Positions 8,445 to 18,091 of a DNA stretch of 64,000 nucleotides are shown piece by piece. The notes beneath the pieces were generated by a model. It did no database searches, had not been told where the DNA came from, and worked only from the letters and a program-made list of their open reading frames with translations. The stretch covers positions 74,132-138,131 of the forward strand of contig JBMNNJ010000001.1 of assembly GCA_050953885.1 (NCBI GenBank). Reading direction: 5' to 3'. Source of the stretch: Patescibacteria group bacterium. GTDB taxonomy: Bacteria; Patescibacteriota; Microgenomatia; 0-14-0-10-38-17. The first letter of the stretch is position 1, and every line of letters starts with the position of its first letter. The position numbers and the translations under genes are program-made.

Positions 8445-11174
8445 ATGCTTTCATTTCTTAAAAATATTTTTGATGATCAGGGGAGGGAAATTAAGCGCCT
8501 TTCCAAACTGGTAAACGAAGCTAATTCTTGGGAGGCAAAAATCGGGAAATTAAGCGACCAAGAATTAGCCTTAAAAACGAAGGAGTTTAAAAAAAGATTA
8601 GCAAAGGAAACTCTGGGTTCTTTTTTACCCGAAGCTTTTGCGGTGGTGCGGGAGGCCTCGCGGCGGACCATTGGCTTGCGTCATTTTGATGTTCAACTTA
8701 TTGCTGCTGCCGCTCTTTTTGAAGGAAAAATTGCCGAGCAAAAAACCGGCGAGGGGAAAACCTTATCGGCGACGCCGGCGCTTTATCTGCGGGCGCTTGA
8801 AGGAAGAGGAGCACATTTGGTAACGGTTAACGATTACCTGGCGCGCCGTGATGCCGGTTGGATGGGGCCGATTTTCCACTTTTTGGGGCTTTCGGTGGGC
8901 TGTTTGGTTCACGATCAGGCTTTCTTGTTCGACCCGCAATTTTATCAGGAAGCCGACGATGAGCGTTTGGCGCATTTGCGACCGGTGTCAAGAAAAGAGG
9001 CTTATCGGGCGGATATTACTTATGGCACTAATAATGAATTTGGTTTTGACTATCTTCGCGATAATTTAGTTTTCAATTTGTCCGATAAGGTCCAGCGGGG
9101 CCATTATTTTGCCGTGGTGGACGAAGTTGATTTCGCCTTAATTGATGAGGCCAGAACCCCGCTGATTATTTCCTCCCCGGAGCTTGAGGCGACGGATAAA
9201 TATTATCAGTTTGCCCGTTTGGCGCGGGAGCTTAACAATGGCGTTGATTATAAAGTTGACGAAGAGGCAAAAAATGTCCTTTTAACCGACCATGGTATTT
9301 CCAAGGTGGAAAAGCGTTTGGGGGTGGAAAATCTTTACGAAAAGGATTTTGAAAGCATCCATCATTTGGAAAACGCTTTAAAAGCCAAAGAGCTTTTTCG
9401 CCTTAACCGTGATTATGTGATTAAGGACGGTGAAGTGGTGATTGTCGATGAATTTACCGGCCGCTTAATGTTTGGGCGGCGTTGGTCGGCGGGGCTGCAT
9501 CAAGCGGTCGAGGCAAAGGAAGGGGTAAAAATTCAACAGGAATCAAAAACTTTAGCCACCATTTCTTTCCAAAACTATTTTCGTCTTTACGAGGTTTTGT
9601 CGGGGATGACAGGAACGGCTTATACCTCGCGGGAGGAATTTAAGAAAATTTACGGGCTGCAAACTTTGGTAATTCCTACTTATAAGCCGATAAAAAGAGT
9701 TGATCACCCCGACGCGATTTTTAAGACGCAACGGGCAAAATATACGGCGGTGGCTAATAAGGTGGAAGAACTTTATAAGAAAGGTCAGCCGGTTTTAGTG
9801 GGCACCACCTCGATTGAAAAAAACGAAATTGTTTCCAAGCTTTTGGATCATAAAAGGATTCCTCATCAGGTTTTAAACGCTAAAAACCATGAAAAGGAAG
9901 CGGCGGTAATTGCCCAAGCGGGGAGAAAGGGGGCGGTAACCGTGGCCACCAACATGGCCGGGCGAGGAGTGGATATTGTTTTGGGAGGAGAGCCGCCAAA
10001 GGAAATTCGAAATTCGAAATTAGAAATTAAAAATGGTAGGAAAGAAAAAGAAGAATGGCAGAAGGAGCATGATGAGGTGGTCGGTTTGGGGGGGTTGTTT
10101 GTTTTGGGAACGGAGCGGCATGAGGCAAGAAGGATTGATAACCAACTGCGCGGCCGCTCCGGCCGCTTGGGCGATCCCGGTTCTTCCCAGTTTTTTATTG
10201 CCTTAGACGATGATATGATGCGTGTCTTTGGGGGAGAGCAAATCGCCTCTCTTATGACTCGCTTTAATTTTCCCGATGAGGTGCCGATTGAGAATAGTTT
10301 AATCAGCCGTTCTTTGGACCAAATTCAGGCGAAGGTGGAAAATTTGAATTTTGATGCTCGGCGTTATTTGGTGGAATATGATGACGTGATTAACAAACAG
10401 CGGGAAATTATTTATAAAATTAGGGATAAAGTTTTGCTTTGGGAAGAAGAAAAGAATTTTGCCGCTTTCAAGAAAACATTTTTGGGAAGGATTAATCAAG
10501 AGCTTGAAAGTTCAGTTGAACGCCATACTGAGTATGTCGAAAGCGAAATCGGGAAAATTGACGATGATGCTTTATTGAATGAAGTTTTAGAAATTATTCC
10601 TCTTCAGAATAAGGAAAGCCTAAAAAAAGAAATTTATGGCCGGCAGGGGGAGGCGGTTAAGAAAGCTCTTAAGGATTTAGCCAAAAATTCCTGGCAGACG
10701 CTTGAGGAGAAAATAGGTAGGGATAATCTTTTAACCTTAGGGAAATGGGTTTATCTTTCCACCCTTGACCGTTTTTGGACTCAACATCTTGACAATATGG
10801 AGGCCTTAAGAGAAGGAATTTCCCTGCGGGCTTATGGTCAGGAAAATCCGCTGACGGCTTATAAAAAAGAAGCCTTTGAGGCTTTTGATAAATTAATGGG
10901 AGAAATTGATTATCAGGTGAGCCGGCGGATTTTACGCCTTGAGGTAAAAGAACCGGCTTTTGTTTCTCCTTTTTCGGGTTTAATTACCAACGCCGATCGC
11001 GCGGACGGGATGGGTTTAACGGCAAATTTTAACAAGCCATTGTCAAGCGCTTCTCAACCGTCGCCATCACATGCCAAAGCGCCGGGGCGTAACGATCCCT
11101 GCCCATGCGGAGCGAAGAAAGCTGACGGTACCCCTAAAAAATATAAACATTGTTGTTACCCTAAATATGGATAG
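8445..11174 (+). CDS. secA: preprotein translocase ATPase SecA
   Basis: EQKTGEGKT, TVNDYLARRD, VDEVD, ATNMAGRG, RRIDNQLRGRSGR, and C-terminal SEC-C GRNDPCPCG...KYKHCC. Confidence 0.98.
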   Translation: MLSFLKNIFDDQGREIKRLSKLVNEANSWEAKIGKLSDQELALKTKEFKKRLAKETLGSFLPEAFAVVREASRRTIGLRHFDVQLIAAAALFEGKIAEQKTGEGKTLSATPALYLRALEGRGAHLVTVNDYLARRDAGWMGPIFHFLGLSVGCLVHDQAFLFDPQFYQEADDERLAHLRPVSRKEAYRADITYGTNNEFGFDYLRDNLVFNLSDKVQRGHYFAVVDEVDFALIDEARTPLIISSPELEATDKYYQFARLARELNNGVDYKVDEEAKNVLLTDHGISKVEKRLGVENLYEKDFESIHHLENALKAKELFRLNRDYVIKDGEVVIVDEFTGRLMFGRRWSAGLHQAVEAKEGVKIQQESKTLATISFQNYFRLYEVLSGMTGTAYTSREEFKKIYGLQTLVIPTYKPIKRVDHPDAIFKTQRAKYTAVANKVEELYKKGQPVLVGTTSIEKNEIVSKLLDHKRIPHQVLNAKNHEKEAAVIAQAGRKGAVTVATNMAGRGVDIVLGGEPPKEIRNSKLEIKNGRKEKEEWQKEHDEVVGLGGLFVLGTERHEARRIDNQLRGRSGRLGDPGSSQFFIALDDDMMRVFGGEQIASLMTRFNFPDEVPIENSLISRSLDQIQAKVENLNFDARRYLVEYDDVINKQREIIYKIRDKVLLWEEEKNFAAFKKTFLGRINQELESSVERHTEYVESEIGKIDDDALLNEVLEIIPLQNKESLKKEIYGRQGEAVKKALKDLAKNSWQTLEEKIGRDNLLTLGKWVYLSTLDRFWTQHLDNMEALREGISLRAYGQENPLTAYKKEAFEAFDKLMGEIDYQVSRRILRLEVKEPAFVSPFSGLITNADRADGMGLTANFNKPLSSASQPSPSHAKAPGRNDPCPCGAKKADGTPKKYKHCCYPKYG

Positions 11175-11266
11175 ATTAAGTTAAAAAAATAGCGAAGTCC
11201 CCCAAGGTTCGCTCTTTGAGCCGTGTATGAATAATACCTAAAGGCGAAAAGTAAGAACCGGGGGAC

Positions 11267-11314
11267 GGGAGCGGAAAAAAATACAAGAAGTGCTGTTATC
11301 CGAAGTACGGGTAA
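11267..11314 (+). pseudogene. orphan duplicate of the secA 3' end (SEC-C tail GSGKKYKKCCYPKYG*)
   Basis: 16 codons matching the secA C-terminus KKYKHCCYPKYG*. An in-frame stop lies upstream at 11252 and there is no start codon. Confidence 0.8.
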
Positions 11315-11318
11315 AAAA

Positions 11319-11430
11319 AATTCAAAATTTAAAATTCAAAAGTTAAAATTACAACTCAAAATTAAAAAGTTTTTAGCGCGCACTGAAGTGCGCTACTACA
11401 AAAAATGGAATAGCGGACTTTAGTCCGCGC
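11319..11430. repeat. heptamer-periodic tract plus GTAG-like REP hairpins
   Basis: TTCAAAA/TTAAAAT units, then TAGCGCGCACTGAAGTGCGCTACTAC and TAGCGGACTTTAGTCCGC. Confidence 0.7.
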
Positions 11431-11456
11431 CGGTAATTTAACAATTTAAAAAATTC

Positions 11457-12470
11457 ATGACCAAAGAAGAATTATCAAGCCGTTTAAGAACTTTGGAAGA
11501 AAAGCTTAATCTTGAGGTGAAGAAAAAACGCCTTGAGGAGCTTAAGAAAGAAAGTGAGAATCCGGCTCTTTGGCAAGACCACCAGCGAGCAGCCCAGATA
11601 ATGAAGGAGCTGGCAGATTTGCAAAAAGAGATGGAAACCATGGAAATGGCGGCTCTTTTTCTTGAAGAAGGAGAACTGGCGGAAGCCGAAAAATTGCTCT
11701 CGCAAGCGGAAAAAGAACTTTACTTTTCCGGCCCTTATGATCGGGGTGGAGCGATGGTGACTATTCAAGCCGGTCAGGGGGGAACAGAGGCGATGGATTG
11801 GGCGGGGATGTTAACACGAATGTACCAGCGGTTTTTTGAAAAAAAAGGCTGGCATTATGAAATTTTAGATCGTTCTTCGGGGGAGGAGGCGGGAATTAAG
11901 AGCGTCACCATGAGGGTGGAGGGGAAAAATGTTTACGGCATGCTAAAACATGAACAGGGAGCCCATCGTTTGGTGCGCCAATCGCCTTTTAATGCTGATA
12001 AACTGCGCCAAACTTCTTTTGCGCGGGTGGAAGTTTTTCCCCTTCTTCCCAAAGAGGATTTTGAAATTAATGAAGATGAAATTGAGTTTGAGGCTTTTCG
12101 GGCCGGTGGCCATGGCGGCCAAAACGTTAACAAAGTGGCCACGGCGGTGCGTTTACGCCATAAACCGACGGGCATCGTCGTTTCCTGCCAATCACAGCGT
12201 TATCAGCCCCAAAATCGGGAATTGGCAATGGATATGTTGCGGCAAAAGCTTTGGGCGCTTAAGGAGGAAGAGCGGGAGAAAAAAGAAGCCCAAATTCGCG
12301 GCGAATATCATGCTCCCAGCTGGGGCCAGCAAATTCGGTCTTATGTTTTGCACCCTTATAAAATGATTAAAGATTTGCGCACCGGTTATCAAACAAGCAA
12401 TGTGGAAGCAGTTTTAGATGGTGATTTAGACGGATTTATTGAGGAAGAAATTAAAATCTTGGCAAGATAA
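11457..12470 (+). CDS. prfB: peptide chain release factor 2 (single uninterrupted frame)
   Basis: SPF tripeptide (RQSPFN), GGQNVNKV and [13 protein letters not shown]. Confidence 0.96.
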   Translation: MTKEELSSRLRTLEEKLNLEVKKKRLEELKKESENPALWQDHQRAAQIMKELADLQKEMETMEMAALFLEEGELAEAEKLLSQAEKELYFSGPYDRGGAMVTIQAGQGGTEAMDWAGMLTRMYQRFFEKKGWHYEILDRSSGEEAGIKSVTMRVEGKNVYGMLKHEQGAHRLVRQSPFNADKLRQTSFARVEVFPLLPKEDFEINEDEIEFEAFRAGGHGGQNVNKVATAVRLRHKPTGIVVSCQSQRYQPQNRELAMDMLRQKLWALKEEEREKKEAQIRGEYHAPSWGQQIRSYVLHPYKMIKDLRTGYQTSNVEAVLDGDLDGFIEEEIKILAR

Positions 12471-12507
12471 AAAAATTGTGTTATAGTGGTTTAAGTTATT
12501 AAAAAGT

Positions 12508-13005
12508 ATGGCAGAAGAAGAAACCTATCTTATCAGCGACTTGGAGGAAAGTCAGGTAACGCCGGAAGAAGAAGGAAAAGAAGAAAACTTTTTTTCTTCT
12601 CCCAAGGGGAAAATTATCACCGCCACCGTGGCGGTGGTGGCAATTATTTTGGGCGTTTTTAGCGGGAAACTTTTAGCCAAACCCGGCGAGCAGGAGGCAA
12701 AAACGGCTAGTGCCGGCGTGGCGGAAGGAGAGGAGATTAAGCGGGGAATGGAATTTGGTCTTCTCGACGCCGAGGAAACTTTTAAGGATAACGCGATTGG
12801 GGTTTTGAAAGAAGGAGGGATTGACGGTGAGGGGACTCATCATTTGGAGCGAGAAGGCGGGCCGTCGCAGAATGTTTACCTCACTTCCTCTGCCGTGGAT
12901 TTAAGCCAATTAATAGGTCGCAAGGTTCAGGTTTGGGGGGAAACTTTTGCTACCCAAAAAGCGGGCTGGTTTATGGATGTGGTGAAGGTGAAAGTTTTAG
13001 AATAA
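12508..13005 (+). CDS. hypothetical membrane-anchored protein
   Basis: Acidic N-terminus, one TM segment and a beta-rich C-terminal domain. Co-oriented between prfB and ftsE. Confidence 0.8.
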   Translation: MAEEETYLISDLEESQVTPEEEGKEENFFSSPKGKIITATVAVVAIILGVFSGKLLAKPGEQEAKTASAGVAEGEEIKRGMEFGLLDAEETFKDNAIGVLKEGGIDGEGTHHLEREGGPSQNVYLTSSAVDLSQLIGRKVQVWGETFATQKAGWFMDVVKVKVLE

Positions 13006-13018
13006 AAGAGGCTTTCTT

Positions 13019-13753
13019 ATGATGACAACTGCCGAGGAAAACGAAACCGTTGAGAACGAAAAAAAAGCGGTAGTGAGATTAGAGAAGGTAGGAAAAAAAT
13101 TTGGGCCGCTAACAATTTTTGAGGAAATTAGTTTTTCTCTTTTTCCGGGCGAATTTGCCTTTTTGGTGGGGCCTTCAGGTTCAGGCAAAACCACCCTGCT
13201 TCGTTTAATTTACCGCGAACTTTTGCCAACAACGGGGGAAATTTTTTTAGACGAGGAGGAAATTTCGGCAAAAATTTCGGGGCGAAAACTTTGCGAGGTG
13301 AGGAAAAAAATTGGCCGAGTTTTTCAGGATTTAAAAATTATTCAAGACCGGACGGCTTGGGAAAACTTAATGCTGGCTTTTCAGATTTTAGGGAAGAACG
13401 ATAAGGAGGCAAAGAGCCAGATGGAGGAAATTTTTTCTCTTGTTGGTCTTGAAGAAAGAATGAATCTTTTCCCCAGCCAACTATCAGAGGGGGAAAAACA
13501 GCGATTGGGAATTGCCCGGGCGCTGGTGGGTGAGCCGGAAATTCTTTTAATTGATGAACCGACCAGTAATTTGGACCCGGCCAACACTTGGCAGATTATG
13601 AAGCTTTTGGACGAGATTAACAAGAAAGGGATTGCCGTTTTTTTGGCCACCCACGACGAGGATTTAGTAGATTCTTTGCAAAAAAGAGTGATCGAGATTG
13701 GTCAGGGAAAGTTGTTGCGAGATGAGAAAAAAGGAGGTTATTCAGCAAAATGA
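13019..13753 (+). CDS. ftsE: cell division ABC ATPase FtsE
   Basis: GPSGSGKT, VFQD, LSEGEKQR, DEPTSNLD, ATHD. Overlaps ftsX. Confidence 0.92.
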   Translation: MMTTAEENETVENEKKAVVRLEKVGKKFGPLTIFEEISFSLFPGEFAFLVGPSGSGKTTLLRLIYRELLPTTGEIFLDEEEISAKISGRKLCEVRKKIGRVFQDLKIIQDRTAWENLMLAFQILGKNDKEAKSQMEEIFSLVGLEERMNLFPSQLSEGEKQRLGIARALVGEPEILLIDEPTSNLDPANTWQIMKLLDEINKKGIAVFLATHDEDLVDSLQKRVIEIGQGKLLRDEKKGGYSAK

Positions 13754-14637
13754 ATAGTTTAAAAACGGCCTTAAGCCATATTCGCCGTTCCCCCTACCAA
13801 ACGGTTTTAATTATTTTGGTTTTGTTTTTTTCCTTTTTCCTTTTAACTTCTTTTGCGATTTTAGCCTTTGCTTCGCAAAAAGTGTTGACTTTTTTTGAAG
13901 CCAAGCCGCAGGCGATTGCTTATTTAAAAGACGAAGCCACCCCTGAGCAGGTGCAGGCGGTGGTTGATAAGCTTAAAGCCACCGGCAAGGTTAAGGAAAT
14001 AAAATATGTTTCCAAAGAAGAGGCTTTAAGAATTTATCAGGAGGCCAACAAGGATAATCCCCTGCTTTTGGAAATGGTAACCGCCGATATTCTGCCGGCA
14101 AGTTTGGAAATTTCCGCAAGTAATATTTCCTATCTTGAGGAATTGGCTTCTATTTTGGAAAAGGAAGACATTGTTTCCGTTTCCGAAAGCGGGAAAAAAG
14201 AGATTGACTTTGCCAAGGATATTGCCACTTCACTGCGGCAATGGACGCAAACAATTAGAAGGGTGGGAATAGGTTTGGGCGCTTTTTTATTAGCCGAGTG
14301 CTTTTTGCTTATTTTAGTGATTACCTCGATGAAAATTGCCCTGCGGCGCGAAGAAGTGGAAATTGTGCGTCTTTTAGGAGGTTCTTCCTGGTTTGCCCGC
14401 CTGCCTTTCTTATTTGAGGGGGCGATTTATGGATTTTTAGGTTCGCTTTTGGGGGCGGGGGCGACTTATTTGCTTTTAAGCCAAGGCGGGAAAATGGCGG
14501 AACAATTTTTAGGGAATATTGGCATTTTCCCCCTGCCTTTCTCTTTTTTGATCGCTCTTTTTGGAGGAACGGTTGTTTTTGCCTCGTTTCTTTGCGCTTT
14601 AGCCAGCTTCACGGCAACAAGACGGTATTTAAAATAA
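13750..14637 (+). CDS. ftsX: cell division permease FtsX
   Basis: YVSKEEAL, LPASLEI, RREEVEIVRLLG, PFLFEG and a 4-TM layout. Confidence 0.93.
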   Translation: MNSLKTALSHIRRSPYQTVLIILVLFFSFFLLTSFAILAFASQKVLTFFEAKPQAIAYLKDEATPEQVQAVVDKLKATGKVKEIKYVSKEEALRIYQEANKDNPLLLEMVTADILPASLEISASNISYLEELASILEKEDIVSVSESGKKEIDFAKDIATSLRQWTQTIRRVGIGLGAFLLAECFLLILVITSMKIALRREEVEIVRLLGGSSWFARLPFLFEGAIYGFLGSLLGAGATYLLLSQGGKMAEQFLGNIGIFPLPFSFLIALFGGTVVFASFLCALASFTATRRYLK

Positions 14638-14770
14638 ACTTCGCCGGCGTTTCTTCAGCAAGGAGTATTTTTTGCAAAAGAAGGCGGGATTATGGCATAA
14701 TGATAAAGAAAGTTAAACTCGTAATGCGTAACAGGTAATGCGTAATGTGTAAATGCAAAGCGCAAAGAGT

Positions 14771-14842
14771 GTAGGGGCGCATCACGATGCGCCCGCATCT
14801 TGACACAAATTATCTAACGGGCGATTCGTGAATCGCCCCTAC
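14771..14842. repeat. GTAG-tagged REP doublet (REPIN-like)
   Basis: GTAGGGGCGCATCACGATGCGCCC...GGGCGATTCGTGAATCGCCCCTAC. A near-identical inverted copy is at 21411-21483. Confidence 0.9.
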
Positions 14843-14877
14843 AAAGCCAATAATATTCTTTGATATTTTAAAAAAAT

Positions 14878-16056
14878 ATGGGAAAAAGAAAAAAGCTGTT
14901 TTGGTTTATTTTTGCTATTTTTGTCGGCTTTATTTTTTATTCCGGCTCAACGGTTTTGGCCGATGAGGTGAGCGATAAGTTTAACGATCTGCAAAACCAA
15001 ATCAGCGAGCTGGAGAAAAAGCTTGAGGAAACGCGGGGGCAAAAGCAAACTCTTTCTTCGCAAATTGCCTACATGAATCAGCAGATTCAAATTGCCCAGT
15101 TAAAAATTAACCAAACTCAAGCCCAAATAAGCGCCCTCGAAGAAGAAATTAATGATCTTTCCTTAAAAATTGATCGCCTTGATGTTTCTTTGGACAAACT
15201 TTCTCAATTGCTTTTGCGCCGGGTGGTGGAAACCTATAAAAAAGGCCAGCTTGAGCCCGCCTTGCTTCTTTTTGCCACCGAAGATATGAGCCAATTTTTA
15301 ACCAATTATCGTTATCTTCAGGAGGCGCAAAAGCATGACAAAGCCTTAATTTTGGCGGTGCAAGCGGCAAGGGATAATTTTGACGCCCAAAAAAGCCTTA
15401 AAGAAGAAAAACAGGCGGAGTTGGAAAAATTAAGGGTCCAGCTTCAACAGCAAAATAATGCCTTGGCACAGCAAAGAGCGGACAAAGAACGTCTTTTGGC
15501 GGTTACGAAAAGTAATGAAGCTTTGTATCAGCAAATGCTGGCCAATGCCTTGGCAGAGCTTCAGGCAATTCAGGCAATTGTGGCCGGCAGAGGGGAAGAA
15601 AAAGAAGTAGGCCAAGTTAAAGAAGGGGAAAAAATTGCCACTGTTATTCAAGGTAAATCCGCCTGTTCAACAGGAACACATTTACATTTCGAAGTGAGAG
15701 AGGGAAGCGCCCTGAAAAATCCCTTTACTTATCTTTCTTCAACTTCGCTAATTAATGATTCTGGTGGAGATGAATATTTTTTTGGGGGGAGTTGGTCTTG
15801 GCCATTAGTGGGGACAATAAGGCTAACACAGGGCTTTGGCAATACCTGGTGGGTGCGTTCCGGCGGGGCTAATTATCCTTCTCATACGGGAATTGATATT
15901 GTTTCCGACAATAGCGCGGTTTCGGCGGTTAAGGAGGGGACTTTATTTAATGGTTCAATTAAATGCGGAGGAGGAAATTTATTTTATGTGCGGGTGGATC
16001 ATGCTGACTCCGGTCTTGACACTTATTATCTTCACGTTAACTACGCCAAACTTTAA
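14878..16056 (+). CDS. secreted coiled-coil peptidoglycan hydrolase/activator (EnvC/PcsB-like) with a circularly permuted M23 domain
   Basis: Signal peptide and long coiled coil. STGTHLHFEVR precedes WPL..TQGFG..HTGID..TYYLH. Lies downstream of ftsEX. Confidence 0.85.
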   Translation: MGKRKKLFWFIFAIFVGFIFYSGSTVLADEVSDKFNDLQNQISELEKKLEETRGQKQTLSSQIAYMNQQIQIAQLKINQTQAQISALEEEINDLSLKIDRLDVSLDKLSQLLLRRVVETYKKGQLEPALLLFATEDMSQFLTNYRYLQEAQKHDKALILAVQAARDNFDAQKSLKEEKQAELEKLRVQLQQQNNALAQQRADKERLLAVTKSNEALYQQMLANALAELQAIQAIVAGRGEEKEVGQVKEGEKIATVIQGKSACSTGTHLHFEVREGSALKNPFTYLSSTSLINDSGGDEYFFGGSWSWPLVGTIRLTQGFGNTWWVRSGGANYPSHTGIDIVSDNSAVSAVKEGTLFNGSIKCGGGNLFYVRVDHADSGLDTYYLHVNYAKL

Positions 16057-16124
16057 AGCCCTATAGCGAAACTTCAGTAAAATAGTGCTGGAGCCTGAAT
16101 TTTAAAATGCTCTAAAGCATTTAA

Positions 16125-16180
16125 TCCCGAGGTTCCTGCCTAATCAACCCCCGGAGTTGATTAGATTTGCAACCTCGGGA
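16125..16180. repeat. TCCCGAGGTT...AACCTCGGGA mini inverted-repeat element, copy 1
   Basis: Terminal IR plus internal CTAATCAAC-CCCGGA-GTTGATTAG-like hairpin. Related copies at 25422 and 35807. Confidence 0.8.
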
Positions 16181-16329
16181 GCAATACTTAATTTCTAATT
16201 TTCTTTGCTTGCGGCAGGTCGTCTACTGTAGGAGGATTGGCGCGGACTGCCTGCCCGCCCGCTGGCGGAAAGCACGCTATTTCATTTAACATCCAGCCAC
16301 ATTATTGTTTTATCGATTATACTATAGGA

Positions 16330-16355
16330 ACTAAATTACTATATAGTAATTTAGT
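16330..16355. repeat. AT-rich perfect palindrome, copy 2
   Basis: ACTAAATTACTATATAGTAATTTAGT, with the same flanks (TACTATAG left, GAAAAA right) as the 6101 copy. Confidence 0.75.
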
Positions 16356-16439
16356 GAAAAAGAGCAGACTATTTTGGGGAATTGGGTAATAAATTTTCTT
16401 CTTGATAAAAAGAGGTTAGTTTTTGATAATAAAAACACG

Positions 16440-17684
16440 GTGGAAAAAAAGAAAATCTTTTTTCTTTTATTGGGAGCGTTTATTTTTCTGCTTTTACCAT
16501 CGGTGGTTTTTGGCCAGGTGGTAATTAACGAAGTTTATTATCAAGGAGACTCCACGAAGGAGTGGGTAGAAATTTATAATTATGGTGATGCTTCTTTTAA
16601 TTTAATGAACTGTCGGCTTGAAGATAATAATGGTAGTGATAATATTGGTGCTTATTCAATTAACGCTAAAGAGTTTTTGGTGATTGCGAAAATCGGAAAC
16701 AATAGTCTTGCAGAAGCTGTTGGCAGTCCGGGGAAAATTATTTGGTTGGATGGGCCAATAGGAAACGGTTTGGCTGATGGAGGAGATCGTCTTTTGCTGT
16801 CTTGTGGTGGGGAAGAGATAGATAAGATAAGCTGGGGTTCTGATATAATTTATTTTAATATAAAGGCAGTCGGCAATGGCTATTCTCTTGAGCGCTTACC
16901 GACAGGACAAGGAGATTTTGTTGAGCAGAAAAACCCAACACCGGGAAAAGGGGTTTTTATTGCCTTTACGCCAATACCCACAGCGACGATATCGCCATCG
17001 CCTCAATTGACATCAGACCTTACTCCAACAGTAATCGTTACCCCCGCTCCTGCAGCAGTGAAAGCAACTTATCAAATAAACGAGGTAAAAAACGAAAAAG
17101 GGGAGGTTCTTTCCAGTGTTAAAATTTATGTTGACGACCAGTATCTTCATCATTACGCGCCCGAGGTCTTGGAATTTGGCGACGGCTATTATTGCGATGA
17201 TGATAAAAAAGTGGCCTGCGGCTTCGGCGAGCATTCAATTAGGCTTGAAAAAAACGGCTACGAGGATTGGGAGGAAACAAAGGAGATTAAGGCGGGAGAT
17301 GCTTATTCGGTTAATCCGGTAATGGCTTTTTTACCCTCGCCAACACCAAACCCTACCGCTACTCCTGTTTCTAGTTTATCGCCAACAGGGCGGATAAGCC
17401 CAAGCCCGTCGTTGGCGATAACTTCTCTTTTATTAAGCCCGACTTCTTCTTCGCCCCTTTTGCCTTTTGCTGACTTTGCCTTAGTTCCTAAAAAGATCAC
17501 GGGCGAAGAAGAAATTTTGGAGGAAAATTTGGGGCAGGTTTTAGGAGAAGAAAAAAGAGAAGAAAAGAAAAGTTCAAGCTGGTATTTTGGTGTCGGCGCT
17601 TTTTATTTAGGCGTTTCCGGCTGGCGCTTAGCGCGGAAAAACGATAATGATATAATGGAAAAGTTAAATTTTGAAGAAAAATAA
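16440..17684 (+). CDS. surface protein with lamin-tail-like and PEGA-like domains, S/T/P-rich linkers and a C-terminal anchor
   Basis: Signal peptide, VVINEVYY..EWVEIYN..PTPG (LTD-like), IRLEKNGYEDW (PEGA-like). GTG start at 16440 is inferred. Confidence 0.8.
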   Translation: MEKKKIFFLLLGAFIFLLLPSVVFGQVVINEVYYQGDSTKEWVEIYNYGDASFNLMNCRLEDNNGSDNIGAYSINAKEFLVIAKIGNNSLAEAVGSPGKIIWLDGPIGNGLADGGDRLLLSCGGEEIDKISWGSDIIYFNIKAVGNGYSLERLPTGQGDFVEQKNPTPGKGVFIAFTPIPTATISPSPQLTSDLTPTVIVTPAPAAVKATYQINEVKNEKGEVLSSVKIYVDDQYLHHYAPEVLEFGDGYYCDDDKKVACGFGEHSIRLEKNGYEDWEETKEIKAGDAYSVNPVMAFLPSPTPNPTATPVSSLSPTGRISPSPSLAITSLLLSPTSSSPLLPFADFALVPKKITGEEEILEENLGQVLGEEKREEKKSSSWYFGVGAFYLGVSGWRLARKNDNDIMEKLNFEEK

Positions 17685-18091
17685 TGAAAAAAGTCCTTTC
17701 TTTTTTAAATCGCTTTTTACCGCCAATTTTGGTAATGGCGTTAATTTTTTATCTTTCTTCCCGTTCTTCCTTTTCGGTTTCGCCAAAATTTTGGTTAAAT
17801 TTTTTAGTTTTTAAAACCCTTCACTTTTTAGAATTCGGGTTTTTATTCCTGCTTTGGGCGCGCGCTTTTTTGGGCAATAAAAATCGTTTTTGGCTGGCTT
17901 TTCTTTTGAGCTTTTTTTGGGCCTTAACCGATGAGGTTCATCAGCTTTTTGTCCCTACCCGAGAGGGGACAATCCGTGATATGCTCATTGATACGGCCGG
18001 AATTTTATTTTTTTGGTGGCTTTTATGGAGTATCTTACCAAAAGCGCCCAAGAAACTAAAGAATTGGGCGAAAAAATTGGCGCTAATTTAA
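17684..18091 (+). CDS. VanZ-family membrane protein
   Basis: IFYLSS, KTLHFLEF, DEVHQLFVPTREG..RD...D. Confidence 0.88.
   Translation: MKKVLSFLNRFLPPILVMALIFYLSSRSSFSVSPKFWLNFLVFKTLHFLEFGFLFLLWARAFLGNKNRFWLAFLLSFFWALTDEVHQLFVPTREGTIRDMLIDTAGILFFWWLLWSILPKAPKKLKNWAKKLALI

Noticed and set aside
11109-11314. diversity-generating retroelement TR/VR pair or self-splicing intron at the secA tail
   Set aside because: Differences include an indel and non-adenine changes, no reverse transcriptase is present, and the segment is too short for a group I/II intron.
11457-11560. programmed +1 frameshift in prfB
   Set aside because: The frame is continuous and there is no CTT-TGA slippery site.
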